A stretch of 33,000 nucleotides of DNA from Octopus bimaculoides (GCF_001194135.2 NC_068989.1:9386872-9419871), one strand, 5' to 3'. Counted from the stretch's first letter, positions 11,919 through 23,144 are shown. Numbers and translations are program-made. Notes: generated from the letters alone by a model not told the origin.

Positions 11919-12043
11919 TGTGATTGTTTATTTTTAGAATGACATTGTAAGATAGGTGTGACAGGCTGGATCCAACTGCTTTGAACATTAAACAGGTAGG
12001 ATATTTTGGCTGGATATGGCCAGTTTAAATGCTAAAGGATTAA
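11919..12043. mobile_element. Probable one-ended fragment of a TTAA-type (piggyBac-like) MITE
   Basis: Ends ...ccagtttaaatgctaaagga|ttaa, which reverse-complements to TTAA followed by (C>T)CCTTT. The partner end is not visible. The body resembles a repeat I recall from octopus DNA. Confidence 0.4.
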
Positions 12044-12638
12044 TATAAACAATATACAATTTGTTATATGCACGTTATGTATCATAAAGATGTTATGTGT
12101 TATACACATGTTATGTGAGTGAGCCAAGAAGATCTGGGAGAGGAAGTCTTCCCTCAGAGAAACAAATGAAGCAGTGCAGCAAAACCAGCATCCTACATTG
12201 CATATCAGGCCCTGTCTTGGAACCCACAGGAGAGGTGAAAGAGAGCACAAGCATACTAGTTATGAGTAACCCATCTTTTTAAGGTTATTATAGATTTCAT
12301 AATTGGTCCTTTTCATATTTAAGTTAGTGTTGGGGGGAGGGGAGAGACTTGGCTGTTATTTCTAGCGTATGAAACGACCACAGAGGGGTTTGATTATCTG
12401 TTGCAGCTGAAGAAAATTGAACAGGTACAACCCAATAATTATAAAGCATTGTTTGATAAAAGAAAGACGTTTACTGTTGAGATATTCTTGGGCATTTGTG
12501 CGCACACGTTCCCAGATATACAAACAGCACTTTATCACCTGATGTATTTATGCTTTTATAAAGACTTCCATCAGCTCATAGACAAAGAAAACAACAAAAC
12601 CCTCGTTTTTGTCTTGTAATCTAAGTTATGCGAATTCC

Positions 12639-12790
12639 GTGTAGCCACCCCCAGGAGAGTTTTCAAGAGATTATTAGTACTAACAGTTGTAAGGCTACAG
12701 GAATTTGAGATATCAATAATTCATGAACAGCCTAGATTTGCTGTAATAAGATTGTTTCTGTAGGATGTTAATGCCTACGTTGCAGTTGAG
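12639..12790. repeat. 152-bp segment, exact reverse complement of 8040-8191
   Basis: Base-by-base comparison found no mismatch. Confidence 0.97.
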
Positions 12791-13024
12791 TGGAAAAATA
12801 CTGTGTTCTCAAGCACTCATTGCAAATCGTTTTCAAGATCTCTGATCAATGAATCTACATAGGACTGGTGCAATAGTAAAAGCAACTAGCTGCTGTCAAC
12901 TTGTGCTCGACCGACCATAACCTGCTCATGTTCTGCATCTTTTTTTTCTCCCTCTTTCTTTCTTTCTTTCTTTCTCGAAGGCCTTAATGTGTTTATTCTG
13001 CATTTATCTGTTATCTTTCATTAG

Positions 13025-13223
13025 CTCCAGACACTGGACTGTGGCCATGCTGGGGCATTGCCTCGAAAGGTTTTAGTCAAAACAAATTGACCCCCACCCC
13101 AGGACTTTTTTTTTTTGAAGTCTGGTACTTATTCAATTGGTCTTTATTGCCAAGCTGCTAAGTTACAAGGACATAAACAAACTAACACTGAATGTCAAGT
13201 GGTGATGAGGGCAAACTCAAAGA
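13025..13223 (-). mobile_element. Probable 3' module of a SINE
   Basis: The minus strand reads gtaacttagcagcttggcaataaagacc...gaataagtacc...gtcctggggt...gccccagcatggccacagtc, resembling the post-microsatellite half of octopus SINEs as I recall it. No second copy is present in the window to confirm this. Confidence 0.5.
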
Positions 13224-13449
13224 TGTAATCGACGGAGCGCCATGATGACGATATTAACTGCTGTTGAGCCTTCAAGCCCAGTTATTACTTCAAGCCCAGT
13301 TATATTATATTTCAATTAACCACGTGCCATTTATTTGTATCTGTTTCAATGCAGTTAGTATTCTTAGTGGAACCAAAATACCTTTGAGGTGGTGACACCT
13401 TTTCTCAACAAACAGGGAACTGGGAATCCAGTGAGGTTTAGAGGAAGGC

Positions 13450-13975
13450 TACAGAAGAAGGAGAAGAACAAGAGCAAGAAGATGATGATTGGAAAATATA
13501 AGAGATGAGAGTGAAGAGGATGGTGATGTTGTTATTAATGAGGAGGAGGAGGAGGAGGAGGAGGAGGGGGGATGTGGTGGTGGTGAAAGGATGGAAGGAA
13601 AACCAAGAAGAACACAGAGTTGTTTGTTGTGGTTATCAAGGATGACAATGATGATGATGGTGATAAGAAGAAGAAAATGAAGAAGAAGACGAGGAAGAAG
13701 AAGAAGAAGAAGAAGAAGAAGAAGAAGAAGAAGAAGATGATGATGATGAAGAAGAAGAAGAAGAAGAAGAAGAAGAAGAAGAAGAAGAAGAAGAAGATGA
13801 AGATGAAGAAGACGAGGAAGAAAAAGACGAGGAAGAAAAAGAAGAAGATGAAAAAGAAGAAGAAGAAGAAGAAGAAGAAGAAGAAGAAGAAGAAGAAGAA
13901 GAAGAAGAAGAAGAAGAAGAAGAAGAAGAAAAAGAAGAAGAAGAAGACAATGATGCTGATAAAAGCAATAATAAG
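13450..13975. repeat. Polypurine triplet array (GAG)n/(GAA)n/(GAT)n
   Basis: Read directly from the sequence; it produces the poly-K, poly-L and poly-S ORFs in the track. Confidence 0.97.
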
Positions 13976-14667
13976 ATGGTGTACTGTCTGGTGGGAGGGA
14001 TGACAGCAAAAGAATCTTTTATGTCTGTTGGAGTGTGTGTGTGNNNNNNNNNNNNNNNNNNNNNNNNNNNNNNNNNNNNNNNNNNNNNNNNNNNNNNNNN
14101 NNNNNNNNNNNNNNNNNNNNNNNNNNNNNNNNNNNNNNNNNNNNNNNNNNNNNNNNNNNNNNNNNNNNNNNNNNNNNNNNNNNNNNNNNNNNNNNNNNNN
14201 NNNNNNNNNNNNNNNNNNNNNNNNNNNNNNNNNNNNNNNNNNNNNNNNNNNNNNNNNNNNNNNNNNNNNNNNNNNNNNNNNNNNNNNNNNNNNNNNNNNN
14301 NNNNNNNNNNNNNNNNNNNNNNNNNNNNNNNNNNNNNNNNNNNNNNNNNNNNNNNNNNNNNNNNNNNNNNNNNNNNNNNNNNNNNNNNNNNNNNNNNNNN
14401 NNNNNNNNNNNNNNNNNNNNNNNNNNNNNNNNNNNNNNNNNNNNNNNNNNNNNNNNNNNNNNNNNNNNNNNNNNNNNNNNNNNNNNNNNNNNNNNNNNNN
14501 NNNNNNNNNNNNNNNNNNNNNNNNNNNNNNNNNNNNNNNNNNNNNNNNNNNNNNNNNNNNNNNNNNNNNNNNNNNNNNNNNNNNNNNNNNNNNNNNNNNN
14601 NNNNNNNNNNNNNNNNNNNNNNNNNNNNNNNNNNNNNNNNNNNNNNNNNNNNNNNNNNNNNNNNNNN

Positions 14668-15021
14668 ATGCGGTGGTGGTAGCGGTGGTGGTTATGGTGG
14701 TGGTGGTGGTGGTGGTAGCGGTGGTGGTGGTAGCGGTGGTGGTGGTGGTGGTGGTAAATGTTATGTGTTGCTGTTGATTTTTTCTTGGTCGGTTGATGGG
14801 TTGTCGTTCATTTTTCTTGCTGCTGTCGGTGATGTGTACTTTATATACTCTTGGTGCGGTGTTGATGTTGATGGTGTTGACGTTGGTAGCAGAGATGTCA
14901 CTTTTAATAGTAATTGTTTCTTCCATTACTATCGCATTAGTTTTCTAACCACTAACACCACAAATACTACTACTGCTACAACCACTATCATCACCACTGC
15001 CACCACCACCATCACTACTAG

Positions 15022-15053
<32 letters not shown>

Positions 15054-15770
15054 TCGCCACCACAACCATCAACACAACCATCACAAATGCTACTGCTATT
15101 ACCACCACCACCACAACCACCACCACCATTACTAGTACTACTACTACCACCATCACCACCTTGACCACTACCACAACCATTACCACCAGCACTACTACTA
15201 TTACAGCCATCATCACCATGACTACCACCACCACCACTACTACTACCACTATCACCACCACAACTACCACCACAACCACAATCACCACTACTACTACCAC
15301 TACCACCACCATCACCACTACCACCACAACCACCACAACCATCACCACCACTACCACCACTATTACCACTACCATCACTACCACCATCATCACCATCACC
15401 CCCACCACCACTACTACTGCTGCTGCTATTACTACTGCTGCTATTACTACTACTACTACTACTACTAGTACTGCTGTCACCAACACCACTACCACCACCA
15501 GAACCACTACCACCACCATCACCACTACCACCACAACCACCACAACCATCACCACCACTACCATCACTACCGCCATCATCTACTACTACTACTAGTACTG
15601 CTGTCACCAACACCACCACCACTACCACCACCACTACTACCACTACTATTACTAATACTACCGCCACCACCACTACTATTACTAATACTACCGCCACCAC
15701 CACTACTATTACTACTACAACCATCAATAAGCTACCACCAATGGCTACCATCACCATCACCATCATGGAT
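14668..15770. repeat. (GGT)n array (14668-14755) and long (ACC/ACT/ATC)n array (14945-15770), with a 30-bp unit repeated about 2.5 times at 15641-15716
   Basis: Read directly from the sequence; the unit is cactactattactaatactaccgccaccac. Confidence 0.95.
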
Positions 15771-16014
15771 ATTATGTGATTGCTATGACTTCCACAGCCA
15801 CTACCATCAGACGACACCTTTTCTACTCCCAGTATTTTCCAAATAAAATCGAACAGCATCTCTTGAACTGACTCCATTTCTCTCTGACAGAATCGAGAGA
15901 TTTGCTTAAGACCTGTTAAGACAATTCATCAAGACCAAATCCACATTATCTCATTTATTAACAAGATAGTAGATACATATAGGTACGTATTTATGTGTGT
16001 GTGTGTATGTGTGT

Positions 16015-16073
<59 letters not shown>

Positions 16074-16897
16074 NNNNNNNNNNNNNNNNNNNNNNNNNNN
16101 NNNNNNNNNNNNNNNNNNNNNNNNNNNNNNNNNNNNNNNNNNNNNNNNNNNNNNNNNNNNNNNNNNNNNNNNNNNNNNNNNNNNNNNNNNNNNNNNNNNN
16201 NNNNNNNNNNNNNNNNNNNNNNNNNNNNNNNNNNNNNNNNNNNNNNNNNNNNNNNNNNNNNNNNNNNNNNNNNNNNNNNNNNNNNNNNNNNNNNNNNNNN
16301 NNNNNNNNNNNNNNNNNNNNNNNNNNNNNNNNNNNNNNNNNNNNCATGTATGTATGTGTATATGCATATGTGTATGTATTTATGTATGTATGTTTATATG
16401 CATGTGTGTATATGTATAATGTGTGTGTGTGTGTGTAATTTAATTGTTTAATTTATTAATGAGTTTGTGTTTTGAAATTACGTGTTATAATTGCTAAGAT
16501 TTTGATATAAACAATATTAAATATCATACGAAGCAATAAATATTATATTAATATTATTTTTAATTACAGTGTTAGCAATTAATATATCCAGAGAATCACA
16601 TTATGATATATGTATCTTCTGTGACCAGAGTGAAGACAGCCTGTCTAGAATTTTAACCACTCATAATAAATCATAAGAACAAGCCTAAATAACGGTAGAG
16701 ACAATGAAGAACCTGAAAGACAACATATCTAGTGCTGGTGAAGAAGATATAGCATTATACCACCTGGCTCTTTTGACCTAAAGCACTCCCTAGTTTCATG
16801 TTATGCCCTACTATTTAAGTGACATTAATGGAATTAAGTTCCCTGCAGGAATCCAAAAGCCAGCATTTTGGATTACATTCTTTTTCTGACATTATTA

Positions 16898-17945
16898 TTA
16901 GGTTGTTTCACATGAAGTGTTGTATTTGAAAGGTAACAATAAAATGTTTCAGAAGTGTTACAGAACTGATTTATTTAATCAAAGTATGATCCATGCTCAT
17001 TTATGACGTTTACCCAACATTTCTTTGTGTCATATATTCCATCTTTAAAAAAAAAAAAAATTCATCTTTTGCTGTGATAAACTCTCCAGATGCTTCAATT
17101 ACCTCTTCTCTATTTAAGAATGTTTTTATTGCTTATGGAAAGCTCAAAATGCTTAAATAAGTGATGATCAGTAGGAGAGATATCAGGGGAATAGAGAGGA
17201 TGTTGCAAAATCTCATTATTCAGGCTTTGCAACTTTTGGACCGTAGCTTGAGGAGTGTGAAGACGTCCATTGTCATGGAGCAAAATTGAGCCATCTCTAT
17301 TCATTAGTCTGGATTGCTTCTTTTTCAAATTCTCATGCATACAATCAATTTCCTGGCAATACAATGTTGCTGTTACCGTTTTTCCTTGTTGCAAAAATGA
17401 ATAATGAACAACTCCCTTTGCAGACCATCATACAGTGACCACTAACTTTTTGGGGTGCAATGATGGGTTTGGGTGGTGTTTAGGTGACCCTCCTGCATCA
17501 CTGTCCTGTTCTACTGCCGTTGTCAAAGCGTATCTATTTCTCATCACAAGTGATGATTTGATGCAAAAATGGTTTTTTTCCCAGTCAAGAAAGCAATATG
17601 GAGCACACTTTGAGGTGTCTGTTTTTTTAAAATCTCATTCAGTTGATGTGGAACAAACCTATCCATATTTATTGACTTTTCCAATTTTTTACAGGCCTCC
17701 AAAAACAGTTGTGTGAGATGTTTGGAGTTTTGACGAAATTTTTTTAACCTTTCTCAGATTTTGTTCAACCAAACCATTTAATCCATCATGCCAAATAACT
17801 GATTTTGGCCTACCCCTTGGTTTATTTTCAAGGCCATCATCTGAACGAGCGCTTAGGAACCATCTCTGAACAGTTCTGATGTCAACAAAACTATTACCAT
17901 TGAGCTTCTGCAGCAGAGTGACCCTGTTGTACTCAGAAAATGGCT
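16898..17945 (-). pseudogene. mariner (DD34D) transposase pseudogene with its 3' TIR
   Basis: Minus-strand frames give QGHSAAEA, RTVQRWF, KPRGRP, FVPHQL, TCDEK*IRFDN, LLHDNGRLH...HPLYSPDISPTD (34 residues between the aspartates) and EHGSYFD* (16975). The end caacctaa|TA at 16896-16905 is mariner-like. There are multiple stops and frameshifts, and no 5' TIR was seen. Confidence 0.93.
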
Positions 17946-18289
17946 GGCTGGCTGGACATTGGTCATGTGGAAGGAGGAGAGAGGGGTAGGGGCAGCGGGA
18001 TTGAAGGATTAGAAAAATATCAGACAAAGAGAAAGGTACAGGGGAGATAAACAAGTGGGAAATAGTGGGAGCTAAAGAAAGAGAAGGCCAAGAAATGTGA
18101 GAGAGAGGGGGAGTGAGAAAAAGAAAAAAAGAAGTAAGAAGGGTACTAAAATATATAGTAAGAGTTGTACAAAATTTAGATACATACCTGTTATAAGGTG
18201 AGCACAAGTGTGTACGTAAAATGGAACAAAACACAATAGAGGACAATAAAACATTCGGAAAGAAAGACGATACAAGGGCAGACAGGAGA

Positions 18290-18570
18290 AACAACAATTA
18301 GAAGGACAGGTAAAAAAAGACAGGTCATTTGTGGCTTTCTTTCATCAGTCAAATGCCAGAAGTCACGACCATTTCGGGCAGTTACACTTGAGACAGTTCG
18401 ATCTGGTTGCCCCCCAAAAAAGTCTACGCTAAGAGCGTTAGATCCCTTTGTAAGAAAGCTAGCGAATGTATACGGCAACAAAGACAAAAAACGGAGAACA
18501 TGGTACACAATTACAAATACAAGCAACAAGAAAATAACAACAGGCGTCTTTCGACTGAGAACGAATCCAT
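18290..18570 (-). repeat. Unclassified interspersed repeat related to 27974-28110 (possibly Penelope-like terminal repeat)
   Basis: The minus strand ccgaaat...tctgg...gactgatgaaagaaa...aatgacctgtc aligns with ccgaaat...tctgg...gactgaggaaagaaa...aatgacccgtc at 27982-28040. The Penelope link is inference only. Confidence 0.4.
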
Positions 18571-18646
18571 ATATATATATATATGTGTGTATAAGAAGGG
18601 ATGACCACTAGGTGGGCATCCAATATGCTAGAAAGAGGTCATCGGT

Positions 18647-18733
18647 GACCCAACCACAAAGAAAAATCATGTTCTCCAGAAAAAAAATTCAGCAAAATTT
18701 CTGGAGAACATGATTTTTCTTTGTGGTTGGGTC
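18647..18733. repeat. Perfect inverted repeat with 36-bp arms and a 15-nt loop
   Basis: gacccaaccacaaagaaaaatcatgttctccagaaa (18647-18682) is the exact reverse complement of 18698-18733. Confidence 0.97.
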
Positions 18734-18865
18734 GTAATACAATTTTTATATACAATTTTTCTGAATTATCAGATTTCTTATATGCTAGACCACTGGTTTT
18801 AAATTGAAATTAATATTCAATTTATCACCCTCAGTATATATATTTATATATATATATATATATAC

Positions 18866-18989
18866 ACAACAGGTTTCTTTCAGTTTCTGTCTGCCAAGTT
18901 CACTCACAACGCTTTTGTTGGCCCAAGGCTATAGTAGAAGATATTTGCCCAAGGTGCCACACAGTGGAATCATGTGCTTGTGAAGCAAG
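18866..18989 (-). mobile_element. tRNA-headed SINE, family A, with B box deleted and A box missing
   Basis: Aligns to 2790-2960, but gtggaatcatgtg skips the gactgaacccg B-box segment. Confidence 0.85.
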
Positions 18990-19044
18990 ATCCGCCTGTA
19001 TTTTCTTTTACCCAAAGCCAGGAACTTTCCAGCACCAACTCGTA
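18990..19044 (+). mobile_element. Solo right end of the mariner-derived MITE seen complete at 31225-31441
   Basis: aaagccaggaactttccagcaccaactcg|TA matches the MITE TIR at 25 of 29 positions and is preceded by the same ttttcttttac subterminal sequence. Confidence 0.7.
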
Positions 19045-19149
19045 CATATTTTTTTCAGCTACCATATATTCCAGTGTTGTTCTTATCGATTTTTCTGTCT
19101 CACTTCAGATTAAAGATGTCTATGTCCTTCTAACTTCTACTGCCAGTGC

Positions 19150-19345
19150 TCCATTTAATTCTTGTATACACAATTAACTTTGAAATGATGTATAAATGCC
19201 ATTAGCTCTGCCTTCATCTTGCTCATATTTTCAATATCCAATATCACTGCACTTTGTCAACAGTTCGGAAAAAGTTAGTGAACACTGATGAGACTTTAAT
19301 GAAAACCAAAATTAATGAATCCAGTCTTTCATCCTGGGTCTGAGA
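19150..19345 (-). pseudogene. Possible highly degraded hAT transposase C-terminal (dimerisation) remnant
   Basis: Minus frames give ILVFIKVSSVFTNFFRTVDKV and KMKAELMAFIHHFKVNC, loosely like the VSNA..ER.FS ... KAEL...NF..C pattern. The match is weak and needs an HMM search. Confidence 0.28.
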
Positions 19346-20079
19346 GATGTGTCGTTTAATAACAGTAACTATTTTCATTGCAACACCAAATATATCTATA
19401 TTTTTGTGAAAGCTCCTTCTAGTTTATATTAAAGACCATTCAGTTTTTAAGCAATGAAGCAGATTTTGTTTATAGACCATTGAACTATTCAAAATGTTGG
19501 TACTAGTTCTGAGTTCTGGCATTGTAAATAACTGGAAGAAAGATCTAAATGTCATATTCCTGTTTTTGAAGTCTGGTGTAATATTATTTTGGTCACACTA
19601 TCTACCTTTGATCCCAGTACCTTTGTATGTATGATACTATGCCATGAATATCAAGGTATTTGTAACATTAATTATGTGAAACACAGGAGATAGGGAAGCA
19701 ATTTATATAAAGGATTTTCGGAGCAGCTTTCACGCATTCAGTTATCAATTATGAACCATTTCCATTTGCCAAATTCCATTACAATGTTGGTTGAAAATAT
19801 TGTTCTTAAATCCAGCTGCTTCTCAGCATTGTAAATATTTCCATTGTAGATGCAGGGAAATAATTATGGCCTACATCGAAAATTCTGGCGTATTAAGCAA
19901 TGATTAAGTGTGTGACAAAAGATTTCAAATTAAATAAAATATAGTAGTGAATGTATCAGAGTGTTTGTGTGTGTGCATGCACATGCATATGTGCATAGCA
20001 CTTCACCAAACATTTCTTATCATAAATCCAGTTTGACTGGCCAATCCTTCTGCAGGAAATTTCATAAATAATGGAAATT

Positions 20080-20241
20080 GTGCAGAAATGGCAGTGTGGT
20101 AAGAAGTTTGCATCCCAAACATATAATTCTGGGTCCAGTTCCACTGTGTGGTACCTTGGGCAAGTGTCTTTTCCTATAGCTTTGGGCCAACCAAAGCCTT
20201 GTGAGTGTATTTGGTAGACAGAAACTGAAAGAAGTCCATTG
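20080..20241 (+). mobile_element. tRNA-headed SINE, family A
   Basis: tggcagtgtggtaag (A box), gggtccagttcc (degenerate B box), ...ggtagacagaaactgaaagaag, then (TA)n. Confidence 0.88.
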
Positions 20242-20252
20242 TATATATATTG

Positions 20253-20283
<31 letters not shown>

Positions 20284-20299
20284 CACACACACACAGCTG

Positions 20300-20614
20300 T
20301 CTGGCTTCCGTGCCAGTGGCACGTAAATAGCACTGTTTGAGCGTGATCGTTACCAGAGTCGCCTTACTGGCACTTGTGCCAGTGGCATGTGAAAAAACAT
20401 TTGAGCAAGGTCGTTGCCTGTGCAGATGGCACATAAAAAACACCATTTTGAGCATGGCCGTTGCCAGTACCATCTGACTGGCCCTTGTGCCGGTGGCATG
20501 TAAAAGCACCCACCACACTCTTGGAGTGGTTGGCGTTAAGAAGGGCATCCAGCTGTAGAAACTCTGCCAGATCAGATTGGAGCCTGGTGCAGCCATCTGG
20601 TTCGCCAGTCCTCA
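20300..20614 (+). mobile_element. Retroelement 3' UTR module with four internal subrepeats, probably RTE-derived, lacking the tail
   Basis: gtgcc.gtggca.gtaaaa motifs start at 20310, 20376, 20420 and 20487, followed by aagggcatccagctgtagaaactctgcc. The sequence closely matches 24560-24745, and the same motif follows the RTE ORF stop near 31180-31205. Confidence 0.75.
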
Positions 20615-21571
20615 AAGCAAATGATTATTCCGGAGCATATTCACCATCTACTTTAATTACTGCTTCCTATTTGCTTGGTAGATAGTCAGACCATTATTTA
20701 AAGATGTTTTTGTTAAATATTGTTGGTGTTTTTGTTAAATAAAATTTGTTGTAAAAAGCCGCAATAATTATGCACCAACCCAATATTTTGAGATCTATTT
20801 TCCTGTTTGTATTACCAAACCTGTAATATCTTGCGTAAATGTGCATTACATATAAATCTGTGGGGACATAGGAAATGATTGTTGACTTGTCCCTTATGAA
20901 AATGTCTTTAGTCATTGTATATTCACCTCAGCAGGAATCTCTGCCAAAACTAATAAACTGTGTTTGATTTATTAAGCATGTTTACACTTAAAATCATGCA
21001 ACCCTCTTTGCCTCAGCTTGTCTGGCTGACAGCAGGTTCCATTACTACATTATAGCTGAATGTTTCATAGGGAAGAACAGTATCCTGTCGTGAATGAAAT
21101 CATCTACACCATCAATGTGGCAATAAAAGCAATATTTGCAAAGAATACCAAAATCAAAAAACAACACATCCTCACTTTGAAGAATGGATGGAAAGATCAC
21201 ATGCAGACATACACCAAAGTGCATAGTCACACACACATATATATATATATATACATATATATATTCACACGTGTGTGGGGGGTGCGCACGCATGCATGAA
21301 ACATATAACATATTCATACAGAGTTGAATATATATCAAAAGAGAAATGGAATATAATCAAAGCAGAACAATGATCACCGGTATGGATGAAATAACCAGAT
21401 TTCAGAAATAAAAACATTTTTCTCCTCAAAATCATTAATTCTTGTGTCTATCCAAAAACAGGACAGAAAAGAGAAGGTGAATAAAAAAAAAAAATAAAAA
21501 ATCATACGATATAAAAATGACAATAAAACATCAAAAACTGCTAAAGAAAGAATGGGGAGAAGAAAAAAAAA

Positions 21572-21580
21572 ACCTCTGTG

Positions 21581-21656
<76 letters not shown>

Positions 21657-22063
21657 GTTATTGTCTATCAATGGACTTTATGAATTTTTCAGGAGATGTT
21701 ATCTGTTATTGGTGAAAACTTAAAAAAAAAAAGTTTTATATATTCAGAACTTTAATAAACATATACAAACACACACACACACACATACACACATTGTATG
21801 CACTATGATATCTCTGTATATTTTTTTTACACACACACACATATGTATATACATACATAAATATTTATGTATATATAAATATACATACGTACAAATATAT
21901 GTATATATACACACATATGTGTGTGTATAGACACACACAGACGTACACACATATAAATACATATATTTGTACATATATGTAAATTTATTTATGAATATAC
22001 ACATGTGTGTATATATATATGTATGCTTTTACAGACATATATATAAATATTTATAGACATGTG

Positions 22064-22144
<81 letters not shown>

Positions 22145-22180
22145 ATATGTATACAATCGCACTCACACACACATATAAGA
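21572..22180. repeat. (TG)n and (TA)n/(CA)n microsatellite cluster
   Basis: Read directly from the sequence. Confidence 0.9.
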
Positions 22181-22729
22181 ATTATATCTATTTTAAATAA
22201 TAGAAAATACAGTCATTTTATATGCATATATGTATCTGTGTATACGATTTTCTGTATACATTAGAAGGAATATAAATTATATTTGTCTGTTTCTGTCTAA
22301 AATAGATTTGCCACACACGCACATCAACAAACTTGAAATGAGGCAACTCACAGTCGATTCAATGTAGTACAACAAAGAATATGGCACAGATATTTAATCA
22401 TTGTAAATAAAAGCTATATAGTACTCATTCCAATACTTAACGTATTCACTAGGAATGCACCAAAAAGAAGGAGCTCATTGAGTTTTGGCCGTCAATATCA
22501 ACACAAGTATTTAATATAAAACAAATGATCAAAGATGTGTTACATTTGTATGTTCAACATGAATAATATAATCAGAACCATCAATAAGAAGAAGAAGAAC
22601 AAAATTATTCTACCAATAACATTATGTAAAAAGTCTTAAGAATCTACATAACAGATCCTGTGTAATCTGAATTGAGCATAATCTGATGAATTAGATGTCT
22701 GAGTCAGCGCGATAAGGAATCCAGTGAAA

Positions 22730-23144
22730 ATGTATTGGAAACAAATGAAACGAAATGATAAAACTGTGAACAAAAGTACATAGGATATAGTGGTTAGTGT
22801 TACACTGTGAGGAATGAAATAAAGAGGAGAATGTATTTGACATTTTGGACTGTGATGTTCTGTTTTGACGGGAGAGGAAGAAGGATAGAAATATCTTTGG
22901 AAGGAGAAGTGAAATGTATGTCCTTTGAGTAAAAATCTGTTACATCTGCCATGGGAAACTATTACAAACATATATTGACATGTATTGGAAACAAATGAAA
23001 TGAAAGGATAAAACTGTTAGTGTTACATTGTGAGGATTAAAATAAAGAGGAGAATGTATTTGACGTTTTGGACTGTGATGTTCTGTTTTGACGGGAGAGG
23101 AAGAAGGATATCTGCCATGGGAAACTATTTGAAATGTATATTGA
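22730..23144 (+). repeat. Tandem duplication: a 250-bp copy (22730-22979) plus a 165-bp copy with two internal deletions (22980-23144)
   Basis: Both copies start atgtattggaaacaaatgaaa and share taaagaggagaatgtatttgac.ttttggactgtgatgttctgttttgacgggagaggaagaaggata and atctgccatgggaaactatt. Confidence 0.93.

Noticed and set aside
13449-14009. Poly-Lys, poly-Leu and poly-Ser ORFs
   Set aside because: They are translations of the (GAA)n array.
13976-15877. Mucin-like Thr-rich and Gly/Ser-rich ORFs
   Set aside because: These are translations of (ACC/ACT)n arrays, open in several frames on both strands, with no signal peptide or domain.
18349-18449. Plus-strand exon candidate (cag|101 nt|gtaaga; KCQKSRPFRAVTLETVRSGCPPKK...)
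   Set aside because: It lies inside an interspersed repeat related to 27974-28110, and the peptide has no recognisable homology.
20310-20510. CRISPR-like repeat-spacer pattern
   Set aside because: The subrepeats are degenerate, the spacers resemble one another, the context is a eukaryotic retroelement UTR, and there are no cas genes.
21060-21299. 79-aa plus-strand ORF MFHREEQYPVVNEII...
   Set aside because: No recognisable motif, the end runs into a microsatellite, and the length is within chance expectation.
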